Positions 10,357 through 20,474 of a stretch of DNA of 64,000 bases are shown here, in pieces (position 1 is the stretch's first letter; the number at the start of each line of letters is the position of its first letter). Source of the stretch: an uncultured beta proteobacterium (GTDB lineage Bacteria > Pseudomonadota > Gammaproteobacteria > Burkholderiales > Burkholderiaceae_C); the NCBI GenBank assembly GCA_903909815.1, contig CAIVXG010000013.1, forward strand, positions 946 to 64,945. Reading direction: 5' to 3'. The translations under genes and the position numbers were made by a program. The notes under the pieces were generated by a model that was not told the DNA's origin, searched no databases, and saw only the letters and a program-made list of their open reading frames with translations.

Positions 10357-13300
10357 GTGACCCTGCCTATCTCCACTTTCGACGCAGCCCCGCTGGGCAT
10401 CAACGCCTTGAGCGATTTTCGGGTGCAGCAATTGCTGCCGCGCCTGCAAGGCATCTGCCCCAAGGTCATTGGCGTGAGCGCCCGGTTTGTCCATCTGGTG
10501 GCGAGCGATCAGCCCTTGAACGCCGAGCAGCGCGGGCAGCTCGATGCGTTGTTGCGTTACGGTGAGCCCTACGCCGGATCGGCCGAGGGCGAATTGCTGG
10601 TGGTGACGCCGCGCTTTGGCACGGTCTCGCCTTGGGCGTCCAAGGCCACCGACATTGCGCACAACTGTGGGCTGGCGGTGCATCGCATCGAGCGCATCAC
10701 CGAATACCGCATCAGCCTGCATTCTGGCTTGCTGGGCAAGGCGAAGTTGAGCGCGGAGCAGCGCCTGCAGATCGCAGCGCTGCTGCACGACCGCATGACG
10801 GAGAGCGTGATGGCCGACCGGTCCCAGGCCTCGGGCCTGTTTGCCGCGCTGCCGGCTGCGGACATGGAGCAGATCGACGTACTCCAAGGTGGCAAGGCGG
10901 CGCTGGATCAGGCCAATATCCAGTTCGGGCTGGCGCTGGCCGCCGACGAGATCGACTACCTGGTGAGCGCGTTCCAGTCCCTGGGGCGCAATCCGACAGA
11001 TGTGGAATTGATGATGTTCGCGCAGGCCAACAGCGAGCATTGCCGGCACAAGATCTTCAACGCGCAATTCACGCTTGACGGTGTGGCGCAGGACAGGAGC
11101 CTGTTCGGCATGATCCGCCACACGCACCAGACCAGTCCGCAGCACATGATCGTGGCCTATTCGGACAACGCATCGGTGATGGAAGGCACGCAGGTGCAGC
11201 GTTTCGTTGCCAAAGCGCTTGACGCCAACAGCGCCCCCAGCTACGTCAAAGAAAGCGCCCTGAACCACGTGCTGATGAAGGTGGAAACGCACAATCATCC
11301 CACGGCGATCTCGCCTTTCCCCGGTGCCTCCACCGGCGCTGGCGGTGAGATCCGCGACGAAGGCGCCACCGGCCGTGGCTCCAAACCCAAGGCCGGCCTC
11401 ACCGGCTTCACCGTCTCCAAAATTGGCGGATCCGTCATTGCGAGGAGCGCAGCGACGCGGCAATCCATGGCGGAGGACCGCGGCGCAATTGGATTGCCGC
11501 GCTTCGCTCGCAATGACGAGTCAGAAAATAATTGGAATCTGACCCCAATTAACCCAATTGGCAAGGCCGGCCTCGCGGGTTTGACCGACTCCAAAATAGG
11601 CGGATCCGTCATTGCGAGCGAAGCGCGGCAATCCATCACGCCTGAAATGCCGCGTCGCTCTGCTCCTCGCAATGACGATGGTGCCAGCGACAAGCCGGAG
11701 CACATCGCCAGCGCGTTGCAGATCATGATCGAGGGGCCGCTGGGTGGGGCGGCGTTCAACAACGAGTTCGGGCGACCCAACCTGCTGGGCTACTTTCGGG
11801 AGTACGAGCAGGTCATCGACTCGGATGTGGACAGCATACGGCGCGGCTACCACAAGCCCATCATGATCGCTGGCGGTTTGGGCAGCATCGACGCCGGGCA
11901 GACGCACAAGATCGAATTCCCGGCCGGCAGCCTGCTGATTCAGTTGGGCGGACCCGGCATGCGCATCGGCATGGGCGGCAGCGCGGCGAGTTCGCTGGCC
12001 ACGGGCGCGAATGCTGCGAACCTGGATTTTGATTCGGTGCAGCGCGGCAACCCCGAAATGGAGCGGCGTGCGCAGGAGGTTATCAACCACTGCTGGAGCC
12101 TGCTCGAAGCCAATCCGATTCTGGCGATCCACGACGTGGGCGCAGGCGGCTTGAGTAACGCCTTTCCGGAGTTGACGAACGACGCGGGACGTGGCGCGCG
12201 CTTCGATCTGCGCGCCGTGCCGCTGGAAGAGTCGGGCCTGGCGCCCAAGGAAATCTGGTGCAACGAGAGCCAGGAGCGCTACGTGCTGGCGATTGCGCCG
12301 CAGTCGCTGGAACTGTTCCAGTCTTTCTGCGAGCGCGAGCGCTGCCCGTTTGCGGTGGTGGGCGTCGCGACCGAGGAGCGGCAGCTGATCGTGGCTGACG
12401 ACGCCTCGGATGCCCCGGTCAATATGCCGATGAATGTGCTGCTGGGCAAGCCGCCCAAGATGCACCGTGACGTGAAGTCGGTGCAACGCCAGTTCGCTCC
12501 CATCGATCTGAGCGGCGTGGACCTGCAACAGGCTGCGATCCAGGTGCTGTCGAGCCCGACGGTCGCGTCCAAGCGTTTTCTCATCACTATCGGCGACCGC
12601 ACCGTGGGCGGACTCACGCACCGCGACCAGATGGTCGGACCCTGGCAGGTGCCGGTGGCCGACTGTGCGGTCACGTTGGCCGACTACCAGGGCTTTGCCG
12701 GTGAAGTCATGGCCTTGGGCGAGCGCACGCCACTGGCGAGCTTGAACGCCGCCGCCTCGGGGCGCATGGCGGTGGCCGAGGCCATCACGAACCTGCTGGC
12801 CGCTCCCATCGAACTGCCCCGTGTCAAGCTCTCGGCCAACTGGATGGCGGCCTGCGGCGAGCCGGGCGAGGATGCCGACCTGTACGCCACGGTCAAGGCC
12901 GTGGGCATGGAACTCTGCCCCGCCTTGGGCATCTCGATTCCCGTGGGCAAGGATTCGCTCTCGATGCGCACGCAGTGGACCGACCCGGTGAGCGCCGAGG
13001 CCAAGAAGGTGACTTCGCCGGTGTCGCTCATCGTCACCGCTTTTGCCACGCTGGCCGACGTGCGCGGCACGCTCACCCCGCAACTTGACGCAACCGTTAC
13101 CGACACGACGCTGGTGCTGATCGATCTGGGCAAGGGCGCCAAGCGCATGGGCGCCAGCATGCTGGCGCAGGTGCTGGGTCAGGCAGGCGGCGAAGTGCCC
13201 GACCTGCACCAGCCACAGGACCTGATCAACCTGGTGAATGCTGTCAACGTGCTGCGCGCACAGGGTCGCATCCTGGCCTACCACGACCGCAGCGACGGTG

Positions 13301-14604
13301 GCCTGTTTGCGACGGTATGCGAGATGGCCTTCGCCGGCCACGTGGGCGTGTCGCTCAACGTGGATCTGCTCGTGACCGAGGGTGACGGCGTCTCCGACAG
13401 CCGCATGGACGTGGGCGACAGCAAGAACTGGGCGGGGCAGGTGGGAGCGAGGCGCGAAGATGCGACGCTCAAGGCCTTGTTCAACGAAGAGCTGGGCGTG
13501 GTGCTGCAGGTGCGCACGGATCAGCGCAACGATGTCATGCAGACGCTGCGCGAGCATGGTTTGAGCGCGCATAGCCATTTCGTGGGCAAGACCCGTCCTG
13601 AGAGCTCTGCGGTGAATTCAGGCAAGGGCGAAGTGCAGGTCTGGCGCGATGCCAAATGCATCTTCAGCGCCAAGCTGTCCGACCTGCATCAGGCCTGGGA
13701 CGCGTTCAGCTGGCGCATCTGCCAGCAACGCGACAACCCCCTGTGCGCCGACGCCGAGCACGCCCTCACCGGGGCGCCACTGGACCCGGGCCTGCACCAG
13801 CATCTGACGTTTGTGCCGCAGGCGCCAGCGCTGCTGTTGTCGCGCCCCAAAGTGGCGGTGCTGCGTGAGCAGGGTGTTAACTCGCAGATCGAGATGGCCT
13901 ACGCCTTTCATGCGGCGGGCTTTGACGCGGTGGATGTGCACATGACCGATCTGCAGACGGGCCGCGCCAGGCTGCAGGACTTCGCCGGCGTCGTGGCCTG
14001 CGGGGGTTTCAGCTACGGCGACACACTGGGCGCGGGCATTGGCTGGGCGCGCTCCATCACCTTCAACTCGGGACTGGCGGAGCAGTTTCGGGCCTTCTTT
14101 GCGCGCACCGACACCTTTGGTCTGGGCGTGTGCAACGGCTGCCAGATGTTTGCCGAACTGGCCGATATCATTCCCGGCGCACAACATTGGCCACGCTTCA
14201 CCACGAACCAGAGTGAACGCTTTGAAGCGCGCTTTTCCATGGTGGAAATCCTCGACTCACCGAGCCTGTTCCTGCAGGGCATGGCGGGCAGCCGGCTGCC
14301 GATCGCGGTGGCGCACGGTGAGGGCTTCGCCAACTTCGCGCACCGCGGCGATGCGGCGCAAGCGCTAGCAGCGATGCGCTTCGTGGACAACTTTGGCCAG
14401 GCCAGCGCGGCCTATCCCTTCAACCCCAACGGCAGCCCGGACGGCCTCACGGCTGTGACCACGGCCGACGGCCGCTTCACTGCCATGATGCCGCACCCCG
14501 AGCGGGTGTTTCGCAACATCCAGATGAGCTGGAGCGCAGGCCACACCGACAGCCACAGCCCCTGGATGCAGCTCTGGCACAACGCTCGGAAATGGGTCGG
14601 CTGA
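10357..14604 (+). CDS. purL: phosphoribosylformylglycinamidine synthase (large single-chain PurL)
   Basis: [12 protein letters not shown]-terminus, [30 protein letters not shown], and a C-terminal glutaminase domain (GVCNGCQM). GTG at 10357 is the likely start, because the track start at 10225 would leave only 5 bp to the divergent map gene. Contains an in-frame repeat insertion (next feature). Confidence 0.9.
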   Translation: MTLPISTFDAAPLGINALSDFRVQQLLPRLQGICPKVIGVSARFVHLVASDQPLNAEQRGQLDALLRYGEPYAGSAEGELLVVTPRFGTVSPWASKATDIAHNCGLAVHRIERITEYRISLHSGLLGKAKLSAEQRLQIAALLHDRMTESVMADRSQASGLFAALPAADMEQIDVLQGGKAALDQANIQFGLALAADEIDYLVSAFQSLGRNPTDVELMMFAQANSEHCRHKIFNAQFTLDGVAQDRSLFGMIRHTHQTSPQHMIVAYSDNASVMEGTQVQRFVAKALDANSAPSYVKESALNHVLMKVETHNHPTAISPFPGASTGAGGEIRDEGATGRGSKPKAGLTGFTVSKIGGSVIARSAATRQSMAEDRGAIGLPRFARNDESENNWNLTPINPIGKAGLAGLTDSKIGGSVIASEARQSITPEMPRRSAPRNDDGASDKPEHIASALQIMIEGPLGGAAFNNEFGRPNLLGYFREYEQVIDSDVDSIRRGYHKPIMIAGGLGSIDAGQTHKIEFPAGSLLIQLGGPGMRIGMGGSAASSLATGANAANLDFDSVQRGNPEMERRAQEVINHCWSLLEANPILAIHDVGAGGLSNAFPELTNDAGRGARFDLRAVPLEESGLAPKEIWCNESQERYVLAIAPQSLELFQSFCERERCPFAVVGVATEERQLIVADDASDAPVNMPMNVLLGKPPKMHRDVKSVQRQFAPIDLSGVDLQQAAIQVLSSPTVASKRFLITIGDRTVGGLTHRDQMVGPWQVPVADCAVTLADYQGFAGEVMALGERTPLASLNAAASGRMAVAEAITNLLAAPIELPRVKLSANWMAACGEPGEDADLYATVKAVGMELCPALGISIPVGKDSLSMRTQWTDPVSAEAKKVTSPVSLIVTAFATLADVRGTLTPQLDATVTDTTLVLIDLGKGAKRMGASMLAQVLGQAGGEVPDLHQPQDLINLVNAVNVLRAQGRILAYHDRSDGGLFATVCEMAFAGHVGVSLNVDLLVTEGDGVSDSRMDVGDSKNWAGQVGARREDATLKALFNEELGVVLQVRTDQRNDVMQTLREHGLSAHSHFVGKTRPESSAVNSGKGEVQVWRDAKCIFSAKLSDLHQAWDAFSWRICQQRDNPLCADAEHALTGAPLDPGLHQHLTFVPQAPALLLSRPKVAVLREQGVNSQIEMAYAFHAAGFDAVDVHMTDLQTGRARLQDFAGVVACGGFSYGDTLGAGIGWARSITFNSGLAEQFRAFFARTDTFGLGVCNGCQMFAELADIIPGAQHWPRFTTNQSERFEARFSMVEILDSPSLFLQGMAGSRLPIAVAHGEGFANFAHRGDAAQALAAMRFVDNFGQASAAYPFNPNGSPDGLTAVTTADGRFTAMMPHPERVFRNIQMSWSAGHTDSHSPWMQLWHNARKWVG
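11434..11676. repeat. four REP-like units in two convergent pairs, embedded in-frame in purL
   Basis: Units at 11434-11466 (fwd), 11491-11517 (rev), 11608-11634 (fwd) and 11649-11676 (rev), all GTCATTGCGAG..GCGGCAATCC type. They translate as [13 protein letters not shown] / [10 protein letters not shown] / [11 protein letters not shown] / [11 protein letters not shown]. Confidence 0.75.
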
Positions 14605-15221
14605 TGCCTGACGTGAAGCGGCTGGCGTGCGAGCAGCTGGCCGCGCATGCTGAATTCCGAAGGCTGAGGTCGATCCCGGGCATCGAGGTCGATCTGCGCT
14701 ATGCCGGCGCGGACAACTTCGTTGGACGAATCCTCTACGGCGACCTGGACTGTGCCTGGTTGCACTGCGAAGCGGCGCATGGCCTGGAGTGCGTGGTGGC
14801 GTGGTTGCAGAAAAGGCATCCGGCGTTGCGGCTGCGGGTGCTGGACGCCCTGCGCCCGCACCGGGTGCAGGAGCAGCTGTGGCAACACCTGGAGGGCACG
14901 GACCTGCGCCAATACCTGGCGGATCCGGCGCGCGGCTCCATCCATTCCTTCGGCATGGCGGTGGACGTGACGCTGCTTGACCGTGACGGCGCGGAGCTGG
15001 ACATGGGCACGGGCTTTGACGATTTGTCGCAGTTGTCGCACCCGGATATGGAGATACAGCATCTGGCGCAAGGGCGCTTAAGCCCGGCGCAGATCGAGTG
15101 CCGCTTGATCCTGCGCAGCGCGATGTGTGAATGCGGCTTTCGCGCCATCCACAGCGAGTGGTGGCATTTCGATTTCGGCGACCGGGACCGGATCCGCGAG
15201 CACTACCTGCGCATCGAATAG
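14592..15221 (+). CDS. ddpX: D-alanyl-D-alanine dipeptidase (VanX/DdpX family, peptidase M15D)
   Basis: [11 protein letters not shown] and HSEWWHFDF zinc and catalytic motifs. An alternative ATG at 14604 overlaps the purL stop (TGATG). Confidence 0.8.
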   Translation: MGRLMPDVKRLACEQLAAHAEFRRLRSIPGIEVDLRYAGADNFVGRILYGDLDCAWLHCEAAHGLECVVAWLQKRHPALRLRVLDALRPHRVQEQLWQHLEGTDLRQYLADPARGSIHSFGMAVDVTLLDRDGAELDMGTGFDDLSQLSHPDMEIQHLAQGRLSPAQIECRLILRSAMCECGFRAIHSEWWHFDFGDRDRIREHYLRIE

Positions 15222-15226
15222 TCAAG

Positions 15227-15250
15227 AAAAAGGCCCGCAGTTGCGGGCCC
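15227..15250 (-). terminator. intrinsic terminator downstream of hppA (hairpin also faces ddpX)
   Basis: The minus strand reads aagGGCCCGcaactgCGGGCCttttt, a GC stem followed by a U-tract, in the convergent gap. Confidence 0.6.
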
Positions 15251-15287
15251 TTGGTGCGCTGTGCATCGGGGCCAGGCCCCGACGAAC

Positions 15288-17366
15288 TCAACCGCCGTGG
15301 ATCTTCATCATCACGGGCACGATCAGCAGTGCCACGATGTTGATGATCTTGATCAGCGGATTCACGGCCGGACCGGCCGTGTCCTTGTACGGGTCGCCCA
15401 CGGTGTCGCCGGTGACGGCGGCCTTGTGTGCTTCGGAGCCCTTGCCGCCGAAATTGCCGTCTTCAATGTACTTCTTGGCATTGTCCCAGGCACCGCCGCC
15501 GGTGCACATGGAAATCGCCACGAACAGTCCGGTCACGATCGTGCCCATGAGCAGGCCACCGAGCGCCTTGGGGCCCAGGATCAGGCCCACCAGGATCGGC
15601 ACCACCACCGGCAGCAGCGACGGGATCATCATTTCCTTGATCGCAGCGGTGGTCAGCATGTCGACTGCGGTGTCGTACTCGGGCTTGGCCGTGCCTTCCA
15701 TGATGCCCTTGATCTCGCGGAACTGACGGCGCACTTCCACCACCACCGAGCCCGCAGCGCGGCCCACGGCCTCCATTGCCATCGCGCCAAAGAGGTAGGG
15801 GATCAAACCGCCGATGAACAGACCGATGATAACCAGCGGGTCCTTCAGGTCAAAGCTGATGGCGTGGCCGTAGCCTTCGAGCTTGTGTGTGTAGTCGGCA
15901 AACAGCACCAGCGCTGCCAAGCCGGCGGAGCCGATGGCGTAGCCCTTGGTCACGGCCTTGGTGGTGTTGCCCACGGCGTCCAGCGGATCGGTGATGTCGC
16001 GCACGCTGGCGGGCATTTCCGACATTTCAGCGATGCCGCCGGCGTTGTCGGTGATGGGGCCGTAGGCGTCCAGTGCCACGACGATGCCGGCCATGCTCAA
16101 CATGGAGGTGGCGGCGACGGCCACACCGTACAGACCGGCCAGCCAGTAGGCGGTGCCGATGGCCATGCAGACGAAGATCACGGGCCAGGCGGTGGAACGC
16201 ATGGACACGCCCAGGCCGGCGATGATGTTGGTGCCGTGACCGGTGGTGGATGCTTGTGCAATGTGGCGCACGGGCGCGTATTGCGTGCCGGTGTAGTACT
16301 CGGTGATCACCACCAGCGCTGCGGTCAGGATCAGGCCGACGGCGCAGGCGCCGAACAGCGCGGTGGCCGTGAGCGTGCTGCCGTCAGCCAGCTTGATGGC
16401 GGTCGGGAACAGGTTTTGGGTCACGAAGTAAAAGGCGATCAGCGACAGGATGCCGGCGACGGCCAGACCCTTGTACAGCGCCGGCATCACGTTCTTCATG
16501 CCGGGCGAGGCCTTGACGAAGAAGCAGCCGATGATGGAGGCAACGATGGACACCGCGCCCAGGGCCAGCGGGTACATCACGGCGGTGGTGCCCACGCTGG
16601 TCAGCAGCAGCGCGCCCAGCACCATGGTCGCGATCAATGTCACGGCATAGGTTTCAAACAAGTCTGCGGCCATACCGGCGCAGTCACCCACGTTGTCGCC
16701 CACGTTGTCGGCGATCACGGCCGGGTTGCGTGGGTCGTCTTCCGGAATGCCGGCTTCAACCTTGCCCACCAGATCCGCGCCGACGTCCGCACCCTTGGTG
16801 AAAATGCCACCGCCCAGACGGGCAAAGATGGAAATCAGCGAGGAGCCAAAGGCAAAGCCGATCAGCGGATTGAGCAGTTGTGCCAGGGTGAGCGTCGTGT
16901 TGGGTCCAGCATTGCCCACCAGGAACCAGTAGAAACCGGTCACACCCAGCAGACCCAGTCCGACCACCAGCATGCCGGTGATGGCACCGCCGCGAAAAGC
17001 GACGTCCAGTGCCGGGCCAATGCCCTTGGTGGCAGCCTGCGCCGTACGCACGTTGGCGCGCACCGAGATGTTCATGCCGATGAAGCCGCAGGCGCCCGAG
17101 AGCACCGCGCCCACGACAAAACCGATGGCGGTCAGGTTGTCCAGAAACACGGCGATGAGCACCGTCAGAACCACGCCCACCATGGCGATGGTCTTGTATT
17201 GGCGCGCCAGGTAAGCGGCCGCGCCGGTCTGAATGGCGGCGGCAATTTCTTGCATCCGCGCATTGCCTGCGTCTTGGGAAAGAATCCAACTGCGCGTCCA
17301 AAAACCGTAAGCCACGGCAATGAACCCGCAAATGAGCGCCAGAATCAGCACTGAATTGCCAGACAT
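15288..17366 (-). CDS. hppA: membrane-bound H+-translocating pyrophosphatase (K+-independent type)
   Basis: 692-aa polytopic [24 protein letters not shown] motif. [10 protein letters not shown] carries the Lys diagnostic of the K+-insensitive class. RBS GGAGAT lies upstream of the ATG at 17366. Confidence 0.9.
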   Translation of the reverse strand: MSGNSVLILALICGFIAVAYGFWTRSWILSQDAGNARMQEIAAAIQTGAAAYLARQYKTIAMVGVVLTVLIAVFLDNLTAIGFVVGAVLSGACGFIGMNISVRANVRTAQAATKGIGPALDVAFRGGAITGMLVVGLGLLGVTGFYWFLVGNAGPNTTLTLAQLLNPLIGFAFGSSLISIFARLGGGIFTKGADVGADLVGKVEAGIPEDDPRNPAVIADNVGDNVGDCAGMAADLFETYAVTLIATMVLGALLLTSVGTTAVMYPLALGAVSIVASIIGCFFVKASPGMKNVMPALYKGLAVAGILSLIAFYFVTQNLFPTAIKLADGSTLTATALFGACAVGLILTAALVVITEYYTGTQYAPVRHIAQASTTGHGTNIIAGLGVSMRSTAWPVIFVCMAIGTAYWLAGLYGVAVAATSMLSMAGIVVALDAYGPITDNAGGIAEMSEMPASVRDITDPLDAVGNTTKAVTKGYAIGSAGLAALVLFADYTHKLEGYGHAISFDLKDPLVIIGLFIGGLIPYLFGAMAMEAVGRAAGSVVVEVRRQFREIKGIMEGTAKPEYDTAVDMLTTAAIKEMMIPSLLPVVVPILVGLILGPKALGGLLMGTIVTGLFVAISMCTGGGAWDNAKKYIEDGNFGGKGSEAHKAAVTGDTVGDPYKDTAGPAVNPLIKIINIVALLIVPVMMKIHGG

Positions 17367-17605
17367 AAAAATCTCCTAAATGGATTGTTGTTTCGCTCGG
17401 GAAGGAACAGCTCGCGTTGATGCGGCGTCCCCGCTGAGTTGCTTCCTCGTGTCGCTGCGGCAGGTGAGTGCGCGGCGCCCGATTGGCCAACCCGCAGAAT
17501 GTACTTGCAAAACCTCATTTCTAACTGACTGAGCAAGCGGCGAGTCAGTAAAATCAGGGTTAATACTGAACAGTTCCTGATCTACCTCAACACAAAGAAG
17601 CCACT

Positions 17606-18151
17606 ATGTCTCTTGATAACGTCACCCCGGGTAAAAACGTCCCTGAGTCCTTCAACGTCATCATCGAAATTCCGATGAACGCCGATCCCGTGAAATATGA
17701 AGTGGACAAGGCCACGGGCGCGATATTTGTGGACCGATTCATGAGCACGGCCATGCATTACCCAACGAACTACGGTTACGTCCCCAAGACCATCTCGGGC
17801 GACGGCGACCCGGTGGACGTGCTGGTGATCACGCCGGTGCCGCTGATCCCGGGCGTGGTGGTGACCTGCCGTGCCATCGGTATCCTGAAGATGGAAGACG
17901 AAGCCGGCATGGACGGCAAGGTGCTGGCCGTGCCCATCGACAAGATCCTGTCGCTCTACACACGCTGGCAAAAGCCGGACGATCTGAGCCCGGTGCGCCT
18001 GAAGACCATCGCCCATTTCTTTGAACATTACAAGGATCTGGAAGACGGCAAGTGGGTGAAGATCCTGGGCTGGGAAGGCCCAGAGTCGGCACGCCAGGAA
18101 ATCATGGACGGTATCGCCAACTACGAGAAGGACAGCGCTGCCAAAGTCTGA
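17606..18151 (+). CDS. ppa: soluble family I inorganic pyrophosphatase
   Basis: 181 aa. [43 protein letters not shown]. Confidence 0.9.
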   Translation: MSLDNVTPGKNVPESFNVIIEIPMNADPVKYEVDKATGAIFVDRFMSTAMHYPTNYGYVPKTISGDGDPVDVLVITPVPLIPGVVVTCRAIGILKMEDEAGMDGKVLAVPIDKILSLYTRWQKPDDLSPVRLKTIAHFFEHYKDLEDGKWVKILGWEGPESARQEIMDGIANYEKDSAAKV

Positions 18152-18160
18152 GGCTTTGGT

Positions 18161-18208
18161 GGATGGATTGCCGCGCCTTCATTGCGAGGCCGAAGGCCGC
18201 AGCAGTCC
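18161..18208. repeat. REP-like element copy in the ppa / EF-G-like convergent gap
   Basis: ggatggattgccgcgccttcattgcgaggccgaaggccgcagcagtcc. It shares GGATTGCCGCG and TCATTGCGAGGCCG..GGCCG with the 9169-9408 units. Confidence 0.5.
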
Positions 18209-18223
18209 ACGCCTCAGGTCCAA

Positions 18224-20305
18224 TCAGTCCTCTTGCGGCTGGGTCTCGCGATGCAGTGAAGCCAGCTTGAGCTGCGTCGCCGGCGGCACCTGGGCATAGT
18301 GCGAGAACGCGATGCTGTACGAGCCCTGGCCGCCGGTCAGTGACTTCAGGCGCGACTGGTATTCATCGAGTTCAGCCAAGGGCACAAGGGCGCTGATCGC
18401 CGCCGAGCCCAGGCTGCGGGGCTGGGTGTTCGTGACCTGGCCGCGCTTGGCCGCCAGGTCGCCAGTCAGGTCACCGATCGCGTGCTCGGGCGCCAGCACG
18501 TCGACGTCCACCAGCGGCTCCAGCACGATTGGACTGGCGGCGCGGATCGCTGCTATCGTGGCCTTTTTGCCTGCGGCCACGAAGGCGATCTCCTTGCCGT
18601 CGACGGCATGCGTCTTGCCGTCGTACACCGTGACGCGCAGGTCGTGCACCGGAAAGCCTGCCACAACCCCTTGCGAAAGCGCCTGGCGCACGCCTTTTTC
18701 CACCGCGGGGATGAAGACGCCCGGAATGGCGCCGCCCTTGACCACGTCCACAAACTCGAACCCCGCACCGCGCGCCAGCGGCTCGATGCGCAGCGAAACT
18801 TCGCCGAACTGGCCCGCGCCACCGCTTTGCTTCTTGTGGCGGCAGTGGCCCTCGGCGTGGGTCGTGATGGTTTCGCGGTAGGCAATCTGCGGCGGCGAGC
18901 AGTCCAGTTCCAGCTTGAACTGCTGCTGCAAGCGCGCTAGCTTGGCGCGCAGGTGCATCTCGCCCAGGCCGCGGATCACGGTCTCGTTCGTGACCGGATG
19001 GCGCTCGACCTTGAAGCAGGGGTCTTCCAGTTCGAGCTTGTGCAGCACGTCGAACAGCCGCTGCTCGTCGCCTTTGCGCCGCGTCTGCACCGCCAGGCCC
19101 TGCATGGGCAAAGGAAACTCCAGCGGTTTCAGGTGGATGTGGTCCTCGTCGTGCGAGTCATGCAGCACGCAATCGAAGGCGATCTCTTCCACCTTGGCCA
19201 CGGCGCCGATGTCTCCCGGCACCAGTGCTTCCACCTCCACATAATCCTTGCCCTGCATTTGGTACAGGTGGCTGAGCTTGAAAGCGCGGCGCGTGTCGCC
19301 CACAAAGAGCTGGGCATCGCGCCGCACCGTTCCCTGGTGCACGCGAAACACGGCCACCTTGCCCATGAACGGGTCGCTGATGATCTTGAAGACATGGGCC
19401 AGCACATGCTTTTGCGGATCGGCATCGGCATGAAATGCCACAGCCTCTGCGTTGCCGGGCTCGCCCCGATAAAAGGGCGCTGCGTTGCCTTCCGGCGGAC
19501 TGGGTGCAAGCTGGGCAAGTGCGTCCAGCAATTGCGGCACACCGGCACCGGTTTTGGCGGAGACGAACAGGATGGGAATCAGATGGCCAGCCCGCAGCGC
19601 CCGCTCGAACGGCGCATGCAGTTCATCCGGGTTCGGGTCGGAGCCGTCTTCGAGGTAGCGCGCCAACAGGTTTTCGTCTTCCTCCACGATCTGGTCGATG
19701 AGCGCGCGATGCGCTGCGGCGACCGATGCGAAGTCGCTCTCGCCCTGATCGTGGCTCAGCAGTTCAACCACCTCCTGCCCGTGTTTGGCCGGCAGGTCCA
19801 GCAGCAGGCATTCGCGCCCGAAGCGCTCTCGGATAGCGCTGACCAACTGCGGCAGATCGACGTTGTCGGCGTCGATCTTGTTCACCACCAGCATGCGGCA
19901 CAAGCCGCGCGCTGCGGCCTGTCTCATCATGCGCTCGGTCGTGAGCTCGATGCCGGTTTGCGCGTTGATCACGATCAGTGCGGTATCCACGGCCGCCAGT
20001 GCGCCCAGCGCCTGAGCGGCGAAGTCGGGGAATCCAGGGGTGTCGATGAATTGCAACTGCGTGCCGCGCCAAGTGGCGCTGACCAGGGCCGAGTTGATCG
20101 AATGCCCCAGTGCTTTTTCCTGCGGGTCGTGGTCGCAAACGGTGTTGCCCTTTTCGACCGAGCCGCGGCTGAGGATGGCTCCGCTGGCGGCCAGCAGGGA
20201 TTCGATCAAGGTGGTTTTTCCGCTGGCGCCATGGCCCACCAGGGCCAGCGTGCGGATGGAGTCGGTGCGGTGCAGGCTCATGAATTCCCCCTGTGCGTTG
20301 GGCAC
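18224..20305 (-). CDS. elongation factor G paralog (EF-G-like translational GTPase)
   Basis: G1 GHGASGKTT, G3 DTPGFPDF, G4 NKID, then EF-G domains II-V. Length is about 690 aa. An alternative ATG at 20281 gives MSLHRTDSIRT. Confidence 0.8.
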   Translation of the reverse strand: MPNAQGEFMSLHRTDSIRTLALVGHGASGKTTLIESLLAASGAILSRGSVEKGNTVCDHDPQEKALGHSINSALVSATWRGTQLQFIDTPGFPDFAAQALGALAAVDTALIVINAQTGIELTTERMMRQAAARGLCRMLVVNKIDADNVDLPQLVSAIRERFGRECLLLDLPAKHGQEVVELLSHDQGESDFASVAAAHRALIDQIVEEDENLLARYLEDGSDPNPDELHAPFERALRAGHLIPILFVSAKTGAGVPQLLDALAQLAPSPPEGNAAPFYRGEPGNAEAVAFHADADPQKHVLAHVFKIISDPFMGKVAVFRVHQGTVRRDAQLFVGDTRRAFKLSHLYQMQGKDYVEVEALVPGDIGAVAKVEEIAFDCVLHDSHDEDHIHLKPLEFPLPMQGLAVQTRRKGDEQRLFDVLHKLELEDPCFKVERHPVTNETVIRGLGEMHLRAKLARLQQQFKLELDCSPPQIAYRETITTHAEGHCRHKKQSGGAGQFGEVSLRIEPLARGAGFEFVDVVKGGAIPGVFIPAVEKGVRQALSQGVVAGFPVHDLRVTVYDGKTHAVDGKEIAFVAAGKKATIAAIRAASPIVLEPLVDVDVLAPEHAIGDLTGDLAAKRGQVTNTQPRSLGSAAISALVPLAELDEYQSRLKSLTGGQGSYSIAFSHYAQVPPATQLKLASLHRETQPQED

Positions 20306-20474
20306 GTGCGAAGAGCCGTGAATGCTGCACCGCAGGTGTCGTGAAACGAATCGAACGCGAGCACCTTGATTCTAGCGCTGCCATTTGGCGCCAGAATGCT
20401 TCACTTTTGCGCCGATCGCGTGACTTTCCATCGGTTATCCTGAGGGGTATTCGAACCATTGAACACCCCGGAGA

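Noticed and set aside
15261-17354. 697-aa plus-strand ORF opposite hppA. Similar long shadow ORFs: 11521-13578(-), 18953-20344(+), 34263-35690(-), 47100-47852(-), 54631-56427(-), 52988-54118(-), 59855-60817(-), 60484-61638(-), 6376-7521(+), 31477-32826(-), 43664-44419(-)
   Set aside because: All lie antisense to or out of frame with genes that have strong family signatures. Their translations are compositionally biased (R/A/G/H/Q) and lack motifs. I treat them as GC-driven artefacts.
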